A DNA stretch of 63,369 nt, filler included, from Octopus bimaculoides (Eukaryota), in NCBI RefSeq assembly GCF_001194135.2. It is 7 parts of 7 records of this genome, joined end to end, with 100 filler letters (N's around TTAATTAATTAA, not from the genome) between each part and the next. Parts side by side here need not be neighbours in the genome. Positions count along the whole stretch, not along the records: positions 34,849 to 52,156 come from NC_068999.1; positions 52,257 to 55,422 come from NW_026366333.1; positions 55,523 to 59,082 come from NC_068990.1; positions 59,183 to 63,369 come from NW_026433387.1; 3 more parts are not named here. One strand, 5' to 3'. This document shows, piece by piece, positions 50,907 to 63,369 of the stretch; position 1 is the stretch's first letter; every line of letters starts with the position of its first letter. A program made the translations under genes and the position numbers. Below the pieces are notes generated by a model. It had not been told where the DNA came from and ran no database searches. It saw only the letters and a list, made by a program, of their open reading frames with translations.

Positions 50907-51946
50907 TCTTTACTGCTGTTTTTTAATTCTCGTTTTTTTTTGCCTTTTATATGTCTCAGAGATATAGGAAGTTGATTTTCCCCTTTTATTTTTTCCTGCC
51001 GTTACCATTGTTGTTGTTGCTGTTGTTGTTGTTCTTGTTGTTCCTCTTCTTCTTCGTTTTCTTTTTCTTCTTGGTGGTGGTCGTCGTCTTCGTCCTGGTG
51101 TTGTGATAACGGCTATCGTTGTCGCTGTTGTGTTGCTTGTGTTGTCAATCGTCTACGTCTGCAATAAGAGCAAAACGTTTACATGAGAAAACGAAAGAGT
51201 CTGAGGTTTCTTTCACCAAGCAAAGCGATCGATAGATAAATAAGATAAATAGAAAGGAGAAGAGAAAGAGAAGAGATAATCACACAGATAGACAGACAGA
51301 GACTGATGAAGAGTCCTGGGCCAAAATATCAGACTTTTCTTCTCCAAGGGATGAGTATTTGATTTCCTTTTGTAAAAATTTTTATGCAAGAAACTTGCAA
51401 GAAAGATGTGTTAAGTATTGCTACATCAACTGGCTAACCAACAAACACGGCACATCCAACGTAAATGGAACAAATTGTTGCCATTTATGTATGAGAGATA
51501 AATACCATATAATAATAGAATAAACAGACGGTTATTCACCCCCAGTCCCCGCTAACCGGCGTTAGCTTGTTTGCGTCTCTTAAACATAGTAGTTCGGCAA
51601 AAGATACCGATGTTATAAGCGCCAGGCTTAAAAATAAGTATTGGTGGCGATTTGTTCGACTAAAATGCTTCAAGGGGGTGCCCCAGCATGGCTGCAGTCC
51701 AATGACGTAGCGGATAAAACCCGGCATCATGAGATATTCTTTGAGGCAAATGGCGGTAGTTATTACGTTTCTTCTCCATGCGGTATATTTGAGGCTCTTC
51801 TTCCTGTTTATTTAATCCATATAACATCATAGCCCCGCCTACCTGCTGAGAGGTTGTATACTCTCAGTGATTAAACATCTCAGTTACTTTAAATATAATT
51901 ATATCACCAAGGTTGAAGTGCGTATACACACACATACACACACACA

Positions 51947-51986
<40 letters not shown>

Positions 51987-51999
51987 CGCACACGCACAA

Positions 52000-52040
<41 letters not shown>

Positions 52041-52117
52041 AACACGCACACACACATAAGTGTGTATACACGTATACTTATAACGTATATGGTTGTATGT
52101 ATGCATATATATATCTA

Positions 52118-52156
<39 letters not shown>

Positions 52157-52724
52157 NNNNNNNNNNNNNNNNNNNNNNNNNNNNNNNNNNNNNNNNNNNN
52201 TTAATTAATTAANNNNNNNNNNNNNNNNNNNNNNNNNNNNNNNNNNNNNNNNNNNNCGTGCGTGCGCGCGTGATGCATGTGATAGTATATAACAGCTTCT
52301 TAACATGTGCATCTCTATATACGCAAATACGTGTATGGTTGTGCATTGATTGACGTGTGTGAGTGTGCGTACGAGTGTGTATTTGTGTATATATTTCTGC
52401 ACGCTGGTTGCACGCATATAATTAAATAATTACAATAACATCATAAACCAAAGATAATGATGTTACTGAACGATGATGTTAAGACCTCTTAATTATCTAC
52501 GGCTTGTAGTGAAGTGGGAAATATGTATATATGATGTAATATACTTCATTAGGTTCTCTGCAAATAACTATCTTCGTTAAATATTGCCGCTACCATACTA
52601 TATATGCGATGTCGGTATACCGGTCACCACAAATTCTTCAACAGAATGGTCACACTTATCTGAATGTGTCAGTTTTATTTTCGCTAAAAATCCATATTTT
52701 GAAGCTCTTCGGAAGAAGAGGGGT

Positions 52725-53190
52725 TGGTAAAAATGCCAAAGCTACTATCTTCAATTCGGGTTTCGTGCCTATCCTCACCTATGGTCATGAAAGTTGGATA
52801 ATGTCCGAAAGAGTACGATCGTATGATAGTATGATCGAATGATCTGTGGAGTAATAATATTCGACTGGATGCATAATATCAGTGAGTCTCTTCACGATGA
52901 GTCGCAATTTCTCCGCATTGACAAGTCACAGCTCCGCCACTACGGAGATGTGATTAGAATGTCGCAGGAAAGAATCACAGGACAGCTTCCTCAAGGCAAG
53001 CCAGCCGACAGGAGACCAAGGAGAAAACCAAGAGGGAGATGGTTGGATAATATCCGTAATCTCAGTTGGTCACGTTTGAAAATTAAACCAGAAAATGCAA
53101 TGATGGTTGTTTCTGACAGGACCCTATGGAAGAGGAGAACACTACCTCTACGATCCTCCTAGGAATAGCGAACGGAGAAGATGGATGGCT
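52725..53190 (+). mobile_element. RTE-clade (Rex3/Expander-like) LINE 3' fragment
   Basis: PILTYGHESW, RIDKSQLR, RRPRRKPRGRWLD, LSWSRL; GATGGATGG tail. Confidence 0.85.
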
Positions 53191-53924
53191 GGGTAAAATA
53201 TTTGACGAATGTTGTAGAAGAAAAGCTCCCCGCTTCTTATTAATAAGCTTTACTCTGCATTCACCTCCATTGTTTCGGAAGCTTTCATAAAATCCACTTC
53301 ATTGTTGTATGTATTCTTATTGCTATCAAATTCATTGGGTTGTGGTGAAAGAATTAGTTGAACAAGGACCGTGATATGGCCGTTACTTTCTTGATAAAAC
53401 AGTGTTCATTGTTGGACATCCTAGTAATACTATTCTATTGATGCAATTTTATTTCAAGGCAATATTTTTCTCTCGGTACCTTAGCCCTTCCATATAAACC
53501 CATCTGCTGTGTGTCACATGTAAAATTACTCTCATAACCACTATACTTTTTGATTTGTACACATGCTTTGTTTCAGTACAACTTGCATATTTCCGTTAGA
53601 TTTGCATTTCTTCTACAATAGGAGACCTCAGAAATATCTTGCACTGTTGTAGTAAAAAGATAGGGAGCATATATTCTATATTTAAAGGAAAAATACATTA
53701 CACAGCTTTCTATATATACCATACACAATTCTAAAGTATCACCACCACCAACATCATCCCTTCTATGGCACTAAAAAAATCAATAAACGAACTGCCAAAA
53801 ATATTTGAAATGTCTACTCAAATAATCAAACGAAGTAGATTTATGAATCATTACCAACGGCCAACAACAAAACTGTCATCTTAGTCACTGTACGATCAGA
53901 GCAGCGTACAATAGGCCAGATGTA

Positions 53925-54075
53925 GCAGTCGAAAAATGTTTCAAGACAAGCATGGTCTAGCGGTTGGTGAATTAATGTGGTAACACATATTGGGTCAGCA
54001 AAACAGGAAGTAAATACTCGAATATCCGACCACAAAGGAAATATCAAAAGACGGAGATTTTTTTCCGGGTGCCAA
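53925..54075 (+). mobile_element. PLE GIY-YIG remnant
   Basis: Frameshifted CFKTSMV*RLV..CGNT-HIGSAKQEVNTRISDHKGNI. Confidence 0.55.
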
Positions 54076-54964
54076 CACACAGTTAACGGTTGTGAATTAG
54101 CTTTTGTTTCTTAATAATCTATGCCTTGGCTTTAATTATACAGAAGCAAAAGCTAACTCTCAACTGTAGAGGTCTAGAGGTGATTTTGATGCTAGGAGAT
54201 GTATTTTCAGTCTCACTGAACACAGATATATGTTATATATTTCCGGCACTCAGTAATCGTCAATAATATATAGGAACCCTAACAAGGACAATGGCAAATG
54301 GAAGATGAATATCACATCTGATGTCAGATTTATTTCACCCTTCCCAGCAATTAAACTTATTGACACAAACTCTTTTTGATTAACGCAGAATAAATTAGGT
54401 GAAATGGTTCCCTGGGAGTATAGTCTGCAATATGAACAAAATGCTAAACAAAATGTTTAAGTGTAATTTCAGAACCTATAGTGAACATCAAATGATAATA
54501 AAGGATTGATCTTAAGTAGTCAAATCCTGACAAAAGCTGCAGTAAGACGCATGATTGAATAAGTAATTAAATAAATTGAAGAATGCATTAATTCTTCCGT
54601 TTTAGAACAGGAATTAAATGATTTAAACATACACTAAAAATGATGAATCTATGTAATTCTATGAGATATCAGTACAAGCTAATAAATACATTAACAGAAA
54701 TTCCTTGTCATCATTATCAATGAAATGAAGAATAAACACAATAATGTTCGTAGATATCTGAACAGAGTGCCGAATATACTGATAATAAATAAGTAGAATT
54801 AATTTCCAATTACAATTCCCTTGTTACTGAAAGAAATAAAATTTGGGGATAAATGAAGATAGAGAATTAGTATTAATTAGAGGAATAAAAATAATTAACA
54901 TTATATAAACAAAAAATAATGAACAACATGAAAAGTTGTTGCAACATGAAAAGTCGATAAATAT

Positions 54965-55402
54965 TGGAACAAGGCCAACAATTTCGTAGGAGGGGCTAGT
55001 CGTTTACATCGACCCCAGTACTAAATTGGTACTTATTTTATCGACCCCAAAATTATGAAAGGTAAAGTCGACCTCGGCGGAATTTGAACTCATAACGAAA
55101 AGATTAACACCATTAAACATTGTTTGCCCGACGTGCTAATGATTCTGCGAGCTGGCCGTCTTCATACCCGATAGATATTAATACTAGGTATTGTGAAGGC
55201 GGCGAGCTGGCAGAATCGTTTGCAGGTCGGGCAAAATGTTTAGCGGCATTTCGTCCGTCTTTATGTTCTGAGTTCAAATTCCGCTGAATTGGCGTTCATC
55301 CGTTTTGGGTCGGTAAAATAAGTACCAGTTGATCACTGGCGTCGATGTAATCATCTTATCTCCTCCTACAAAATTGCTGGCCTTGTGCCAAAATGTGAAA
55401 CT
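54965..55402. mobile_element. Head-to-head pair of SINE family A copies (54965-55163 minus; 55196-55402 plus)
   Basis: Both align to the family A consensus; ~30-nt spacer. Confidence 0.85.
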
Positions 55403-56284
55403 AACACTAGGTACGAATACGTNNNNNNNNNNNNNNNNNNNNNNNNNNNNNNNNNNNNNNNNNNNNTTAATTAATTAANNNNNNNNNNNNNNNNNNNNNN
55501 NNNNNNNNNNNNNNNNNNNNNNATATATACTGTTGTGTCTGGGGAGAGTCATTTTCTTATTGTGCCTTAAAATTTAACACACTCACCGGTAAAATTTCCA
55601 CTTATTTTTCTTTTTATTTTCCTAAAATTTTCGTTGCATCTTGCAACCTTATCAATAATCTTGACCGTCCGTTATTTATGCTGCGTTCTTTTTTGCTTTT
55701 GTTTGTTTTTGCGCATGTGTGTGTCTCAGTGTGTATGTATGTCTGTGTGTGTTTGCATATGTATATATGTATGTATGTGTATGCATATATGTATGTATGT
55801 GTGTGCGTTTGCATGCATGTATGTATGTGTTCTGCATATTCCTGTGTTTGTGTGTTTTTTATGTATGTGTGTGCATGTGTGTATATGTATGTATGTACCT
55901 CTGTCTCCTTGTGTGTGCATGTCTGAATGTGTGTGTGTGTGCGTGTGCGTGTGTGTGTGTGTTTTGCTGCTATGTACCATGTTTGTATGTATGGGTGGAC
56001 ATGTTTCTTTGTGTGAAGTAAAGTGTGTGTGTATATGTGGTCATGTGTTTCAGTCTCTATTTGCGTATGTAGTTGTCTGTTCATATACCCTATGTACCTA
56101 CCCATCTGTATGCAGACCTGTTTGTTTACATATACATATATGTGCATGTACACACACATACACCCACACACACAGACATACATACATCTATCTGCATAAA
56201 AGCCCATTAACTGTTCTACTCTACCTGTGTAAAATGTGGGTATGGGATATCTATGTATATTTCCTATTTAGTATTGGGGAAGTT

Positions 56285-56578
56285 TCATTTATAAGGACGT
56301 ACTCTTAGAGTTGGGTCTTTTGGGTGCTTGGATAAGATGCGGATGCCATGTTGACCCAAGTTGCCTCCATGCTGGTCTTTAGCATGTTGGTAGAGTATGG
56401 AGGACTGTTTTTTGTCATCATATTGTCTCATATGTTCGTTTAGTCGTTCCGCAATGCTCCTAGATGTTTCCCCTATGTATGTCATATTCAGGTCTTTACA
56501 AGCACCTTCCATGCATTTTATGCTGTAAACTACATTTCTATTTCTGCAGTTAATGCCAGGGCTAATCCTACATACCAT
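56285..56578 (-). mobile_element. PLE GIY-YIG endonuclease fragment (Cys/His-bearing type)
   Basis: GINCRNRNVVYSIKC...C...YIGETSRSIAERLNEH...SILYQHAKDQH. Confidence 0.85.
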
Positions 56579-56619
56579 GCAGTGATAGAGGTTCTAAATG
56601 AGCCAATCATGCATTTTTG

Positions 56620-57200
56620 CCATTAATGTTTCATGTGAATTGTTGCACATCAACACCTGCAGGAGAGACATGAGCAAAGGAGGAGATTCCAGAGGGAAGA
56701 TGTTCTGAGAAAGGACTGGACATAGTGGTTACAGTAGGGAAAGAGGGGTTGGACAAAACGAGGATGATGAAAGATGGAAAGATGAGTGATTTAGGAGCAG
56801 CTGATTGGTCTTGTATCTACAAGACCAATCAGCAGAGGCTATTGTAGTAGCAACAGAAAACACAGAGAGACAGAGGAGATAGCATAACTGTAGGTCAAAA
56901 TCTGAAGTGTGTCCATTAGTGAAGAGATGCCAATAGGTGGATGACGTTTTTCTGGATTCAGTTCAGGATGTCATTGTGCATAGTAGCATCTCTCTCCCAG
57001 ATGTCAGCACAGTACTCCATTGGAGGTCTCACTTGAACCTTGTAGGGGCAGTTGTTGGAAACTGAAATATCATTTGACTCTAAAAAGGAGGCCTAGTCTT
57101 TGAGATGTGATCCTAGCTATGCTAAGGATGTGGTTTCCCCTGGAGACATCCTCAGTGATAGTGAGGCCCACCGTTGGGAGTAACTGCAAGGGCTCAAGCT
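56620..57200 (-). mobile_element. CR1/L2-group (Zenon-like) LINE 3' fragment
   Basis: GLTITEDVS..NHI, QRLGLLFR, QVRPPMEYC..IW, IQRK, RTSSLWN. Confidence 0.8.
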
Positions 57201-58307
57201 GAATACTGCTTATGATTAGAAGGAATGTGCTTGAGTTTTTTTTCTGTTTATTGTATGTTTTAGTCCCTAAGAAGCATTCATTTTTTTCTTACTTTCTTTA
57301 TTCTTTCATTCATATTTTCTTTCTTTTCTCCTTCCATCTTTCTTTCTTTCATTTATTCATCTATTTCTCCCTTCTTTATTTTTAAGTTTCCACATGTTAC
57401 TGTAAAGACAAATGCAGGATCTTCAAAAGTCATATACAACCTGCAGCCTGCAGGACTTTTAGAACAGTATGCCTAACGAAAAATTACCCTGAATTTTTTT
57501 AGTAATGTGGCCTACCTAATGATCAACCATGTCTCATGCAGCCCACTTTTTGAAAAAGTTGACTGAGCCTAATCTCTTTGTTTGGCTGGATGTCCATCTA
57601 ACCACAGATTTGTCTTTCTTCCTGTCACTGAATTTCTCTAGCCACAGAGATGTTTATCTGACCTCAGACTTTTCTTATTAAACACAAATATACCTTTTAG
57701 TTTGTCTGTTTCAAACTACAGATTTGTCTGCCTGTCTTCTTGCCAGTCCTCTTACCTGTCAACATACTTGTCTCCTGTCTGTCAATCTGCCTGCCTGTCC
57801 AGTTGTCAGTCTCTCTAACCACAGACTTATCTGTCAGTTTCTCAGTGTGTTTGTGTCTAATCACAGACTTATCTCTGTTCTTTCAGTCTCAAACTTGTCT
57901 ATCTACAAACTTATCCGTCATTCAGTCTATCTGTGTCTCTAATCCCAAACTTGTCTGTCTGACCATTTGCCTAATTGTAAACTTATCAGTCTGACTACCT
58001 CACCATCTGTCTGTTTGTCTTTCACTTTTGTCTGCCTAACTCTTGTCTGTTTGTCTCCTGTCTATGTGCCCTTTTGTCTCTTCCCCCTCCACTCCATCTA
58101 CTTATGTGTCTGTTTATTATTCTCCTTGTCTATCTCTCTCCCCTCTCTTTCTCTCTATCTTTCCTTTTCTCTCTTTCTCTCTCCCCTATATCTTTCTCTT
58201 TCTCTCTTTTACCATCTCTCTTCTTCTCTATGTCACTACTGTGTTGAGTAAACCAGTAGCCTGTCAGCTAACCAGCCAACCAATCAGCAAGTTAGTCTCT
58301 CTCTCTC

Positions 58308-58456
58308 TTTCTTCTTCTTCTTCTTCTTCTTCTTCTTCTTCTTCTTCTTCTTCTTCTTCTTCTTCTTCTTCTTCTTCTTCTTCTTCTTCTTCTTCTTCTT
58401 CTTCTTCTTCTTCTTCTTCTTCTTCTTCTTCTTCTTCTTCTTCTTCTTCTTCTTCT
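58308..58456. repeat. Pure (TTC)n microsatellite of about 150 bp
   Basis: Direct reading. Confidence 0.98.
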
Positions 58457-58785
58457 CTATTGCCCAGTTAATCATATCTCCCTGCCTAACTGTCTGACTG
58501 TTAACATTGTGCCATTAGTGAAGATCAGAAATGACATCATCATAAACAACATTATCCACCACAACATGACACATCTGAGAAACATAGGAAGAAGGATACC
58601 TTTCTATTAGATGTTTACAGAAAGATGCAACTGGTTCACACATGTAATGGTATGTATGTACATTTTTTGTTTGCATGAATGCGTGTATATGTGTGTGAGT
58701 GTGTATGTATCTATATATGTATATGTATGTATATATCTATATATGTATATGTATGTATATACATATGTATATATGTATATGTATG

Positions 58786-58871
<86 letters not shown>

Positions 58872-58983
58872 CATACATACATATGATGATGATATATATA
58901 TACATAATGTCTTCATATGTCTCTTTGTATCTACATACATTACACACACAACACATACAAACATATATATGTGTGCATAAATG

Positions 58984-59020
<37 letters not shown>

Positions 59021-59042
59021 CTAAATATAATACATATACATT

Positions 59043-59082
<40 letters not shown>

Positions 59083-60039
59083 NNNNNNNNNNNNNNNNNN
59101 NNNNNNNNNNNNNNNNNNNNNNNNNNTTAATTAATTAANNNNNNNNNNNNNNNNNNNNNNNNNNNNNNNNNNNNNNNNNNNNATAAATATAAATATATAT
59201 ATATATATATAAATAAATAAATATATATATATTTTGAAATCACTTTGAGCAAACTGACAGCCTGCAGTACCAAAATCTGTCCTATGTTTTCGTTTATGAT
59301 TTTATTAGGTTTCTTCAAACTCAGTGAACTGCACTGGTTTTTATCTATATATATGTATGTATGTATACATATATACACACATGCACAGATATGTAACCCT
59401 GTGTGAGACAACTGTTCTTTTGTGTATGCATGTATGTACACACACACATATATATATATATAAATACATATGGATAGTGTGTGTAGATACATGTGTGTGT
59501 TTGTATTTATGAGAAAGACGGGTTAATGTGATTTAAAAAGATTTTATTTTTACTTTTTCATTTAAAAAAAAATCACCCATTTTTTGGGGGCTTTAATTAT
59601 GATATATATATATACATGTGAGAAAAGCCATTATTCTTTTTAAATGTTGCACAAACAGTGTTTTTATTTCAAAATAAAAATTTTTTTTAGGAATACAATC
59701 TGATGACCATCTGTCTTTTGTAATAGAGATTAACGACTTAGATTCCACTTGGTAACGAAGCTCTATAACAATGGTAACATACAATGTTCTTCACCTGTCT
59801 GTTTACTAAGGTTATCTTGTAATATTGCAGAACTAGAAACTTGTAAAATGTTCAATAAAAAACCTTCCCATAACTCAGCATTGTTTCTATTGATTTCTGT
59901 GTTTATCTTAAACACCTTCCTTTAACCTGAAGAAGAAATGAGCTTAGGACATGTGTGTGTGTGTTAAAATGTTCTGGTTCTATATCCTCCAATACTGTAC
60001 CACACTCTGTAAAGTGGGTTTTGTCTTGCTGATCTTTTG

Positions 60040-60240
60040 TGACCCCACTGGTGTCGGTGCCATGGAAAAAAGTACCTTGTACACCCTTTGAAGTGGTGTT
60101 GGTGTTAGGAAGGGCATCCAGCTGTAGAAGCCGTGCCCAAAGCAGATACTGGAGCTCAGTCAGCTCTCTGGCTCATCAGTTCATATCAAACCGTGCAATC
60201 CATGCCAGTATGGTAAAAAAAAGGAGACGTTAGACAACAA
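60040..60240 (+). mobile_element. SINE/LINE 3' tail fragment (GGAAGGGCATCCAGC...CCATGCCAG...GACGTTA type)
   Basis: Recalled as an RTE-type tail; single copy in this window. Confidence 0.5.
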
Positions 60241-60420
60241 TGGAAATGATACTGTGGTTTTCTCTTGAGCCATTGGTTTACCATTAAAAGTATAGTCTTC
60301 ATGTGATGTGTGGAAAGTGAGCCTAGTACAGCCATTCTTCTCCTTTTCTTGACTCTATTAACGACGAGTGGGAAATACAGGTGAAATGAATGTGAAGTGA
60401 GTTGAGTAAGAATCCAAGAA

Positions 60421-60620
60421 TTAATCCTTTAGCCTACAGATTACTCTGTCAAATGTAATGCTCATTTATTCCCATTGGTTTGAATTAATCATATATAATC
60501 TTGTAGCTTTGAGATTTCAATGATGTGATTGTTTATTTTTAGAATGAAGTAAGATATGTGGAAGAGGCCAGATCTGGTCAGTTTGGATATAAAACAGATG
60601 GAAGATATGGCCAGTTTAAC
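60421..60620 (+). mobile_element. piggyBac-like MITE copy
   Basis: Starts TTAATCCTTTAGC; aligns with 23226-23419. Confidence 0.65.
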
Positions 60621-62389
60621 TCTGGACTAACTCTGCTTTGCAGATTTACTTCAGTAGTTTGCCACTCTCGCCACCACTGCATTATGTTGTGCATGTTCTG
60701 TTCACATATTATCTATTCTCAAGTAGTTCTCCAATGGATTGCAGAGTTTGCGAAGCTACCACCAGTACTCTTGGTGCCACAAAACCATCCTTAAAACCAA
60801 GAGTCCCCTTCTTTATGCTGAAATCCTTATTCAGCATTAATGATTTACCTGACAGTGCTGTTAACTTCAACCCCTTTTCAGACCATATATTTAATGGCCT
60901 GCACTACCTTTGTGTTTTAATTAATTTGGAAANNNNNNNNNNNNNNNNNNNNNNNNNNNNNNNNNNNNNNNNNNNNNNNNNNNNNNNNNNNNNNNNNNNN
61001 NNNNNNNNNNNNNNNNNNNNNNNNNNNNNNNNNNNNNNNNNNNNNNNNNNNNNNNNNNNNNNNNNNNNNNNNNNNNNNNNNNNNNNNNNNNNNNNNNNNN
61101 NNNNNNNNNNNNNNNNNNNNNNNNNNNNNNNNNNNNNNNNNNNNNNNNNNNNNNNNNNNNNNNNNNNNNNNNNNNNNNNNNNNNNNNNNNNNNNNNNNNN
61201 NNNNNNNNNNNNNNNNNNNNNNNNNNNNNNNNNNNNNNNNNNNNNNNNNNNNNNNNNNNNNNNNNNNNNNNNNNNNNNNNNNNNNNNNNNNNNNNNNNNN
61301 NNNNNNNNNNNNNNNNNNNNNNNNNNNNNNNNNNNNNNNNNNNNNNNNNNNNNNNNNNNNNNNNNNNNNNNNNNNNNNNNNNNNNNNNNNNNNNNNNNNN
61401 NNNNNNNNNNNNNNNNNNNNNNNNNNNNNNNNNNNNNNNNNNNNNNNNNNNNNNNNNNNNNNNNNNNNNNNNNNNNNNNNNNNNNNNNNNNNNNNNNNNN
61501 NNNNNNNNNNNNNNNNNNNNNNNNNNNNNNNNNNNNNNNNNNNNNNNNNNNNNNNNNNNNNNNNNNNNNNNNNNNNNNNNNNNNNNNNNNNNNNNNNNNN
61601 NNNNNNNNNNNNNNNNNNNNNNNNNNNNNNNNNNNNNNNNNNNNNNNNNNNNNNNNNNNNNNNNNNNNNNNNNNNNNNNNNNNNNNNNNNNNNNNNNNNN
61701 NNNNNNATATATATATATATATATATATATAGTAAAACACGCTTGTGCACAGTGCTACACAGTAGGACTGAACCCGGAATCACGTAGTTGTAAAATCAAA
61801 GTTCTTGATCACACAGATATGCCCATGTCCAGGGAAGGAGATTGGTTTCTTTTTGGTGAGGGGGTACCCCTCAATCTCTATTCATTAATAAAGTGTTTGT
61901 ACTGAAACACTGTTATGCATCCATTTTAATTAGCAAGCACACTTTGCAAATCAATTAAGGTAACAACTGTTGGCTGTAAAAATGTTCCTGTTAATTATTG
62001 CCATTTGGAATGAGAGTTAATGTTGGCTCGGAACTGTTTTAGAGTTGGTGCCAAAGCTGTTGTTAATGGTGGGATGGTGGTGGGTCATTTCTCCTTCAAA
62101 CAAGATTTCGGTGTTGCATCCATTGCATTTGACTTAGATTCTCCGACATCTTAGAGAATGACCCAACATGAGCACTTTTGTGATGTTACTCAGTCTGTTA
62201 GAAATAGCAGCTAAATCTCCCTCAAACTCATGTACTCTGCTGTCTGAATAAAAAAAAAATGGAAGGATAGTTTGGAATAATATAGTCCGACATTAAAAAG
62301 TTGAAACTTAAAAAAAACACAGGATGGTCATAGTAGGGTTGTCTTTGATTATAGGTCTGTTTAATCAAGGATGAAGTTGATCTGTGGAG

Positions 62390-62705
62390 AAGGCAGGTGG
62401 CTTAGTGGTTAGGGCATTTGACTCATGGTCATAAGGTTATGAGTTCAATTCTCGGCGACATGTTGTGTCCTTGAGCAAGACACTTTCTTTCACGTTGCTC
62501 CAGTCCACTCAGCTGGTAAAAATGAGTTGTACCTGTATTTCAAAGGGCCAGCCTTGTCACACTCTGTGTGATGCTGAATCCCCCTGGGAACTACATTAAG
62601 GGTTATGTGTGTCTGTGGAGTGCTCAGCCACTTACATGTTAATTTCACGAACAGGCTGTTCTGCTAATCAGATCAGCTGAAACCCTCACCGTAACTGAGT
62701 GCCAA
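62390..62705 (+). mobile_element. tRNA-derived SINE family C, full length
   Basis: A-box TGGCTTAGTGG, B-box GTTCAATTC; aligns to 43080-43400. Confidence 0.9.
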
Positions 62706-63369
62706 GATCTTAGAGAAAAGGCGCTAATTATCACAAACTCACGCAACATATCTCTCTTCTGTGAAGGCCTTGTGCTTATCTCTGTATGAAATAAAGGGTT
62801 TTTTGTTTGTTTTACCGACACCTTTACACCAACACACTTTCTCCCCTTATGCTATCAGTTGTTATTGGATAGACTCTGATGAACATTAACATTCTAAGCA
62901 TTTGTTTGGTGCAGCAAGTCTCTCCCGCCAAGTTTATCTCTTGGTTAATGAAGTCACAGCCCTCTGTTGCAATCAAAACATGAATTAAATATATTACTAT
63001 TACATAAGCATGTGTGTAGCCCCATGTTGTAGAGCTGAACAACATGTTTTCTATATAAACATGTGTATATAGTTCCCTCTCTCATGTAGGCCTGTTCTAC
63101 TGCAGCAGACACTGCACTGCCTTCAACAGCTGACACAAAATTTTCCGGGCACAAATCCATGGTCTTCTTTTGAGACCTACAGATGCCTATCTATACCAAT
63201 TTTACTCAAGCCGGCTGCGGACATGAGAATAACCAGTTAAATATTGTGTGAGATGTGGGCATGGTTCTGTGGTTCAGAAATCGGCTTCCCAACTGCATGG
63301 TTTTAAGGGTTAGTCTCACTGTGTGGAACTTTGGGCAAGCTGATGAAAGAAGCTTGTGACACACAAACA

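Noticed and set aside
60638-61783. Longest ORFs in the track (200-364 aa)
   Set aside because: They are mostly X from N gaps. The ~98 real codons at 60638-60932 resemble nothing I recognise.

Overview
AT-rich eukaryotic genomic DNA with many assembly gaps, saturated with microsatellites and transposable elements. The SINE families and repeat density look like a coleoid cephalopod, probably Octopus (inference). No complete host gene is recognisable, and almost all ORFs in the supplied track are microsatellite or gap artefacts. Supported retroelements: three Tx1/L1-type LINE pieces (one near-full-length with most of the endonuclease deleted, plus a solo ORF1), two HERO-like and several R4/Dong-like 3' ends, RTE, Rex3-like and CR1-like fragments, four Penelope-like (PLE) fragments and three modular SINE families. 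Supported DNA transposons: a DD36E Tc1, a full-length Chapaev3-type element with TIRs and TSD, and MITEs. Three promoter-like motif clusters and a few candidate small exons suggest host genes nearby. The most interesting signals are RNA-level: a tRNA-derived Pol III head plus hammerhead-ribozyme core fused to the 3' end of a PLE, other hammerhead-derived relics, a GAAAC...CTGATGA motif shared by both HERO 3' UTRs, and a mismatch-free 56-bp inverted repeat.
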